DNA of 51,378 bases from Candidatus Eiseniibacteriota bacterium. GTDB lineage: Bacteria > Eisenbacteria > RBG-16-71-46. Under the pieces are notes generated by a model. It saw only the letters and a program-made list of their open reading frames with translations. It was not told the origin of the DNA and ran no database searches. Positions 41,937 through 51,378 of the stretch are shown here, piece after piece (positions within the stretch are counted from its first letter, which is position 1; each line of letters begins with the position of its first letter). The stretch is taken from positions 1 to 51,378 of the forward strand of contig JBBRLX010000032.1 of the NCBI GenBank assembly GCA_038231135.1, in the 5' to 3' direction. The position numbers and the translations under genes were made by a program.

Positions 41937-43013
41937 TTGCTGAACTCCGAACTCCATGTATTTGTTCGAGATGCACTCGCGCGCGGCGTCTCGCGCGACC
42001 GCATCCGGATGGAGCTGGCCGCGGCCGGCTGGCGGCCCGAGGAGATCGCCTCGGCGCTCGGGTCGTGGGCGGACACCGACCTCCCGGTCCCGGTGCCGCG
42101 CCGGCGGCCGTACCTGTCGGCACGCGACGCGTTCCTCTACCTGGTGTTGTTCGCCACCCTGTACGTGGTTGCGTTCGACGCCGGCTCGATCCTGTTCGCG
42201 CTGATCCGCTGGCGCTGGCCGGACGCGTCGAGCTACGGCAGCGGCTGGCTGCAGGCGGCGGCGCAGGTGCGGTTCGCGACCGCGGCGCTGGTGATCGCGT
42301 TCCCGATCTACCTCTACGTGTCGCGCGTGATCGGCCGCAGCGTGGCCCTCGACCCCGAGAAGCGCGGCTCGCCGATCCGCAAGTGGCTGACCTACATCAC
42401 GCTGTTCCTCGCAGCGCTGGTGCTGATCGGCGACGCGATCGCGCTGGTCGCGCACCTGCTGTCGGGCGAGCTGGGCGTGCGGTTCGTGCTCGAGGTCGCG
42501 GTGGTGTTCGCGATCGCCGGCATTGTGTTCGGCCACTACCTGAGCGACCTGCGGCATGACGAGAGCGACCACGCGGGGCCGCGTGGCGAGCGCGTGCTGG
42601 CGCGCGCGGGGGCGGTGCTGACGCTGGTCGTGATCGTGACCGGGCTGGTGTTCGCGGGCTCGCCGCGCGAGGAGCGCCAGCGGCAGCTCGACGACCGGCG
42701 CGTCGAGGACCTGAGCGCGATCGCGACCGCGATCGACATGTCGTACGGCGAGAATCGCCGGCTGCCGGGCTCGATCCTCGAGGTCATGCACTTCAGGATG
42801 GCGAACGTGAGCGCCGACCGGGACCCCGCGACCAACGCTCCCTATGAATACCGGGCGCTGGATTCGCTGCGTTACGAATTGTGCGCCACGTTCGATCGTG
42901 CGGACACGGCGGTGGTCGCGCGGCCGTTCCCCATGGGATCGCGATTCTGGAATCACGGCGCCGGCCGCGCGTGCTTCGCGCTCCAGGTGCCACGCAGCAG
43001 CCGGCGTACTTAA
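41937..43013 (+). CDS. Membrane protein, DUF5671-like
   Basis: SARDAFLYLV.F..LY, IRKWLTYITLF, GSPREER...D..R..DL, DP.T..PYEY, YELCATF; GGAGG before TTG 41937. Confidence 0.7.
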   Translation: MLNSELHVFVRDALARGVSRDRIRMELAAAGWRPEEIASALGSWADTDLPVPVPRRRPYLSARDAFLYLVLFATLYVVAFDAGSILFALIRWRWPDASSYGSGWLQAAAQVRFATAALVIAFPIYLYVSRVIGRSVALDPEKRGSPIRKWLTYITLFLAALVLIGDAIALVAHLLSGELGVRFVLEVAVVFAIAGIVFGHYLSDLRHDESDHAGPRGERVLARAGAVLTLVVIVTGLVFAGSPREERQRQLDDRRVEDLSAIATAIDMSYGENRRLPGSILEVMHFRMANVSADRDPATNAPYEYRALDSLRYELCATFDRADTAVVARPFPMGSRFWNHGAGRACFALQVPRSSRRT

Positions 43014-43066
43014 GAACGGAATTCCCTGTGCCGCAACGAAACGACGTCGATCCGACGGGAGGCAGC

Positions 43067-43321
43067 ATGGCGGTGACACGCATCACGGTGATGAACAACG
43101 GTTCGCTGCGGGTGGAAGGTGACGAATTCGAGATCGTGGACCAGAGCGGCACGCCGTTCGGTCTCAAGGGTCGCCAGAAGGTGACGCTGTGCCGCTGCGG
43201 CCAGTCGTCCAACAAGCCGTTCTGCGATTCCACCCACAAGACCTGCGGGTTCGATTCGGTGCTGGTCGCGTTCGATCTGCCGGAACCGAAGGTGCCGGGC
43301 CCGGAGCCGAAGGCCCCGTGA
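43067..43321 (+). CDS. CDGSH iron-sulfur domain protein
   Basis: NGSLRVEG, LCRCGQSSNKPFCDSTH; GGGAGG RBS. Confidence 0.92.
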   Translation: MAVTRITVMNNGSLRVEGDEFEIVDQSGTPFGLKGRQKVTLCRCGQSSNKPFCDSTHKTCGFDSVLVAFDLPEPKVPGPEPKAP

Positions 43322-43400
43322 CGCCGGCAGGCCGCGCGGCGTCCGATTCACAGGTGCGCCCGAGCGATCGTCAGCGCCCCGCCGCGCGCGGACCGCTCTC

Positions 43401-44168
43401 ATGAAACTCCGGGCTCGCGACCTGATCGCCGCGGTCGCCGTCGTCGTGATGGCCGGCGTGTGCGTGCGGCTTGGGTTCTGGCAGATCTCGCGCCTGCACG
43501 AGAAGCAGGCGATGAACGCCGCGCTCGCGCGGGCGCTCACGTTGCCGCCGGTGCGCGTGACCGATGCCGGCGTTCCGATCGACTCCGTGCGCGGCCGCCG
43601 CATCGCGATCGACGGCACGTACGACGAGCGCCGCCAGTTCCTGCTCGCGAGTCACCTGCACGATGGTGCACCCGGCGTCAGCGTGGTGACGCCGCTGGTG
43701 CTCGACGACGGCCGTGCCGTGCTGGTGGAACGCGGCTGGCTCCCGGCCGGCGACGCCTCGACCGCGCATCCCGAGCGCACCCCCGAGCCCGGCCGCCGCA
43801 CGGTGTCCGGCATCGCCGAGCCGGCGCTGCGCGGCCGCCGCGGACCGGCGCCGGCGCGCATCCCCGCCGATTCGGCGAGCCTGTGGTCGATGCGCTGGAT
43901 CGACGCCGATTCGATCGGCGCCCGGGTGCCGTATGCGCTTGCGGGGTTCTACGTGCGTCAACTGCCGGGCGATGGCGTATCCGGCACGCCGCTGCGCACC
44001 GTGCCCGCTCCGCGGGACGAGAGCATGCACGTGAACTACGCGATCCAGTGGTTCCTGTTCGCGGTCATCCTCGTCGTGGGCTCGGGCGTCCTGTTATGGA
44101 AGAAGCGCTACGGCACGCCGGGCGAGCCGGTGCCGCCGATTCCCCGGGGACCGCTCGATCGGAGTTGA
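43401..44168 (+). CDS. SURF1 family protein
   Basis: LGFWQISRL..K, PGVSVVTPL, VLVERGW, HVNYAIQWFLFA. Confidence 0.92.
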   Translation: MKLRARDLIAAVAVVVMAGVCVRLGFWQISRLHEKQAMNAALARALTLPPVRVTDAGVPIDSVRGRRIAIDGTYDERRQFLLASHLHDGAPGVSVVTPLVLDDGRAVLVERGWLPAGDASTAHPERTPEPGRRTVSGIAEPALRGRRGPAPARIPADSASLWSMRWIDADSIGARVPYALAGFYVRQLPGDGVSGTPLRTVPAPRDESMHVNYAIQWFLFAVILVVGSGVLLWKKRYGTPGEPVPPIPRGPLDRS

Positions 44169-44176
44169 GCCCGCGC

Positions 44177-44204
44177 GGCCGGACCGGGCCGGCGCGGTCC
44201 GGCC
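44177..44204. terminator. Hairpin between convergent SURF1 and tonB genes (possible bidirectional terminator)
   Basis: ggccggaccg-8 nt-cggtccggcc perfect 10-bp stem; no U tract. Confidence 0.4.
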
Positions 44205-44228
44205 CGTCCCCACAGCCGCGCAGGGTCA

Positions 44229-44987
44229 TCACGGGGTCGTGAGCGCGAACCGCACCTTGCGGGCGATCCACACCGCGACGGGATGGTTGCCGGCGAACGC
44301 GGGCTTGAACACCCACTGCTTCGCAGCCTCGACCGCGGCGTCGTCGAACATCGGCACCGACTTGTCGACGTGCACCTCGACGACATGTCCGTCCTTGCCG
44401 ATCAGCACCCGCACCAGGACTTCGCCCTCGGACTGGGCCTCGCGGGCGATGTCGGGATACTTCGGCAGCACCTCTTTGATCAGCACCGGCAGCTCGTCCG
44501 CATATACGTAATCGCCGAGCTTGGGCATGTCCTCGGCCGCCGGAGGCTGGACGACCACGATCCCCTGCTGGCCGGTCGCCTCGCCGGCGCCACTTGCGGC
44601 CGCGATCTCCTCCTGGGACGCGATCGTCTGCTCCGGCGGCGCTGCCATGTCCGGCACCGGCACCGGCAGGCCCATCGCGGGCGTGACGGCGGCTCGCCCG
44701 ACCACCACCTGCGGCGGCGCAGTGACGCTCGACAGCGGCGGCGGCGCCGCCAGCTCGCGGTAGTTCACGATCACGGTGGGGGGGACCAGGACCGCGGGCG
44801 GATGGATCAGCAGCCAGCCCAGCACCGTGAGGAACGCGACGATCCAGAACCCCATGCTCGAAGCGGTCGCCCGGAACATCCGCCGGGGTGCGCCTTCGAT
44901 CAGCTCCGGTGCCCCGTAGGGCATGAAATCATAGAGTGCCAGCATGACCTGCTCCGATCCGGACCATGCTCCCCGGAGCGCCGTCAT
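44229..44987 (-). CDS. Energy transducer TonB family protein
   Basis: PYGAPEL, single TM, Pro-rich linker, PKYPDIAREAQSEGEVLVRVLIGKDG..AAVEAAKQWVFKPA. Confidence 0.88.
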   Translation of the reverse strand: MTALRGAWSGSEQVMLALYDFMPYGAPELIEGAPRRMFRATASSMGFWIVAFLTVLGWLLIHPPAVLVPPTVIVNYRELAAPPPLSSVTAPPQVVVGRAAVTPAMGLPVPVPDMAAPPEQTIASQEEIAAASGAGEATGQQGIVVVQPPAAEDMPKLGDYVYADELPVLIKEVLPKYPDIAREAQSEGEVLVRVLIGKDGHVVEVHVDKSVPMFDDAAVEAAKQWVFKPAFAGNHPVAVWIARKVRFALTTP

Positions 44988-45022
44988 GGCGCCCCGGCGC
45001 CGGCCCTATTCCACGTCGCCGC

Positions 45023-45541
45023 TCACGTCAATACGGCTCGCTTCGATTCGCGCGCGTCCAGCGCGCCTGCGGCGTGAAGGCAGAACACGTCGCAATACGG
45101 CCGCGCCAGCCGCTCGAATTCGTAGTAGCTCATCCTCACCAGTTGATGATGATTCCCACCCTCGAACCAGATGAACTCGTGGTCCGCGAGGCAAGGGTCC
45201 AGGAACATCGGGAGTCCATACAGGTGCCCGAACGGCGGCATCGCGCCGAGCTCGCAATCCGGAAACAGCTCCCGCAACTCCACCTCGTCCTCGAGCCGCA
45301 CGAACAGCGCGCCGGTGACGCAGCGCACGACCTGGTCGTTCATCCGGCGGCTGGCCGGCAGGACCAGCATGAGATCCCCGTGCGGAGCGTTCCGCACCAC
45401 GACGACCTTGGCCAGTTCGCCGGTGGCGATGTGCGCGTTGTGCGCGGCGCCGCGGGCCGTGCACGCCTCGCGGTGGGTAAGCAGAGCATAATCGGCGCCG
45501 CTCTGATCCAGCAGTCGTTGCAATCTGATATTGAGGCTCAT
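45023..45541 (-). CDS. YbaK/EbsC family aminoacyl-tRNA deacylase
   Basis: ELAKVVVV, LVLPAS, FPDCELGAMPPFG, FEGGNH; GGAGGTG RBS. Confidence 0.85.
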   Translation of the reverse strand: MSLNIRLQRLLDQSGADYALLTHREACTARGAAHNAHIATGELAKVVVVRNAPHGDLMLVLPASRRMNDQVVRCVTGALFVRLEDEVELRELFPDCELGAMPPFGHLYGLPMFLDPCLADHEFIWFEGGNHHQLVRMSYYEFERLARPYCDVFCLHAAGALDARESKRAVLT

Positions 45542-45907
45542 CCGGCACCTCCAGCTCTGATCCGGGGGCAACCTCGAAGCATCCCTCCACTGCTATGGAT
45601 AGGATCCGCCCCGGGGCGCTCCACGGCTACGGTACGCTCGGACTCCACCACGCGGACGCCTCGGACCACGACCCATGGTCCAAAGGAAGGATGGGCCCGT
45701 CCCGGCAGGGCGCGTGATGCTCCAGGGGCCGCCGGGGTATGCGCGGGGTCGGCAACCCGGCGGGATATGGCGACGGCGATCGGGGCGGCGGATGAAGCTC
45801 AGGCGGTACACGCGGTTATCGGGTCCGGGCTGTGCCCGGCTCGAAACCCGCCGAAACCCGTGAAACGGCTGCGGGGTTGTGCCGATCACCTCGGGGACGT
45901 TTTGCGT

Positions 45908-45913
45908 TATAAT
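45908..45913 (+). promoter_or_regulatory. Putative -10 element of the acnA promoter
   Basis: Perfect TATAAT in an AT-rich patch of a GC-rich genome, about 85 nt upstream of the acnA ATG; no clear -35. Confidence 0.5.
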
Positions 45914-45921
45914 AAGTCCGT

Positions 45922-45990
45922 CGTTCACTGGGGACCCTGTGTGTCCCCGCGTTCACCCGAGGGCCCTGTGCGCCCTCGATCCTGAAAGGA
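45922..45990 (+). promoter_or_regulatory. Tandem IRE-like stem-loops plus SD-sequestering hairpin in the acnA 5' UTR
   Basis: cgttcact-ggggac[cctgtgt]gtcccc and cgttcacc-cgagggc[cctgtgc]gccctcg; then tcct-gaa-agga over the AAAGGA RBS. Confidence 0.6.
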
Positions 45991-45996
45991 CGCACC

Positions 45997-50096
<4,100 letters not shown>

Positions 50097-50100
<4 letters not shown>

Positions 50101-51212
50101 ACTCCGCGGAGCTGTGCGTCTCGGGCGCCGCGGTTGTCTACCGCCTGTACGACGTGGGCTACGAGATCCATCTCGACCGCGCGCTCGACAAGCTGGCGTC
50201 GAGTGCGCCCGAGCGCGTGCGGCCCGTGCGCGGCGAGGCCCAGGCGATCCAGATCAAGAACCCGCCGATCACCGTGATCCTCGGCGGGGAACGCGTGCGG
50301 CTCGGCGGCGCCGACTTCGACGCCGAGGTGTCGGCGCGGATCTTCGATTTCGGCGTGGTGTCGCTGCGGCTGCGGATCGTCACGCCGCCCGACTGCACGT
50401 GGAGCGCGTTCTCGGCGTTCGGCGCCAGCGTGCACGGCGCGCCGGAGCTGGCCGCCACGCTCGATCACCATCTGCGGCTGCTCGTCGAGCGCGTGGCCCC
50501 CGCAATCGAGCGTCCGGCAATCGCCACGGTGACCGAGGACTACGTGGTGTTCCGCGTGGACCGGCTGATGGACCGGTCCGGCGTGCAGGTGTCGGCGGAC
50601 GCGCTCACCGAGGAGAACCTCGTCGGACTGCTGCTCAACGAGGCCCGCATCGTGTCGACGGCGGCGCGCCGCGAGCTGCTGCCGCACCGGTTCTCGTACT
50701 ACGAGGACGATCTGGCGGTGCTGACCTGGAACAACGCGCTGGTGGTCGAGCCCGCGCGCGAGGACACCGACGCCCAGTACGTGCTGGAATTCGCGAACGC
50801 CCAGTTGCTCGAACTGCGCGTCTACGACCAGCTGCTCGACGACGAGCTGCCGCGCATGTACGACCGTATCGAGGCGGCGCGCAAGGGGCCGGCAGCGCTG
50901 CTGCGGCGCCGCTACGCGCCGGTGCTCGCGGATCTTCAGTCGATCGTCGCCGATTCCACCGAACTGGTGGAGCGCGTCGAGAACTCGCTCAAGGTCACCG
51001 ACGACGTTTACCTCGCGCGCATCTACGCGGCGGCGATCGAGATCTTCCGCGGCCGCGAATGGCGCAAGGGCATCGACCGCAAGCTCGCGATCATCCGTGA
51101 GACCTACGCGATGCTGAACGACGAATCCCAGGCCGCGAGGAGCGAGGCGCTCGAAGTCGTGGTCGTGCTGTTGATCGTCGCCGAGCTCGTGCTGGCGCTG
51201 CTCCGGCACTGA
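50097..51212 (+). CDS. Hypothetical protein with C-terminal TM helix (RMD1/DUF155-like, tentative); start uncertain
   Basis: Typical high-GC codon usage; VLEFANAQLLELRVYD..LD, DDVYLARIY, LEVVVVLLIVAEL; possible CTG start overlapping the acnA stop. Confidence 0.7.
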
Positions 51213-51241
51213 GGTCCGGGCTCGCGCCGCAGGCTGGGGCC

Positions 51242-51378
51242 TGTCAAGCCATTTGATAATGTAACTTGAGGCCTCATCGTCAAGCCATTTGAGATGTAAC
51301 CCGAGTCGAGCTGTCCTGGCGCGATGCCAGGGCTGCAATGCGATCGAGTTTCTTCTCGATGGTCTTCGACAACTCGAA
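51242..51378 (-). mobile_element. Probable end of an insertion sequence with duplicated terminal repeat (truncated by window)
   Basis: Starts TGT; AT-rich direct repeats gtcaagccatttgataatgtaac (51243-51265) and gtcaagccatttgagatgtaac (51279-51300); minus-strand ORF stops inside the inner repeat. Confidence 0.55.
51280..51378 (-). CDS. C-terminal fragment of a minus-strand ORF, possibly a transposase
   Basis: FELSKTIEKKLDRIAALASRQDSSTRVTSQMA*; runs into the terminal repeats; family not identifiable from 32 aa. Confidence 0.45.
   Translation of the reverse strand, partial: FELSKTIEKKLDRIAALASRQDSSTRVTSQMA

Noticed and set aside
43025..43031. CCTGTGC upstream of the CDGSH gene, matching the acnA hairpin loop
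   Set aside because: Flanks do not form a stem closing the loop and the CGTTCAC flank is absent; a 7-mer match is plausible by chance
51243..51300. Direct repeats as a CRISPR array or attC site
   Set aside because: Only two copies 13 nt apart, no cas genes, and no RYYYAAC/GTTRRRY core match

Overview
High-GC bacterial chromosome segment, probably diderm (TonB, an outer-membrane beta-barrel); the taxon cannot be fixed from sequence alone. 1-15.9 kb is the 3' end of tuf followed by a complete S10-spc-alpha ribosomal protein cluster (rpsJ to rplQ, including secY, adk, map, infA, rpmJ and rpoA). Several of its intergenic spacers are unusually long and structured. 16-45.5 kb holds mixed genes: a GHL10 hydrolase, typA, a hybrid histidine kinase with two receiver proteins, tRNA-Asn, a TM0106-like nuclease-helicase, an ECF sigma with a cupin anti-sigma, a Rieske oxygenase, a GT-C glycosyltransferase, an L,D-transpeptidase/Mur-ligase fusion, ispG, two methyltransferases, an OMP, an M20 peptidase, ettA, and CDGSH, SURF1, TonB and YbaK proteins. 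The standout is the aconitase locus. acnA (45997-50100) is interrupted by a 463-aa LAGLIDADG intein (47536-48924) inserted inside the CTT|C [4Fe-4S]-binding motif. The splicing +1 nucleophile is therefore a cluster ligand, and a CxxC motif spans the N-terminal splice junction. The predicted acnA 5' UTR is built from two tandem hairpins with different stems but the same CCUGUGY loop, resembling iron-responsive elements. The window ends in what looks like the terminus of an insertion sequence.
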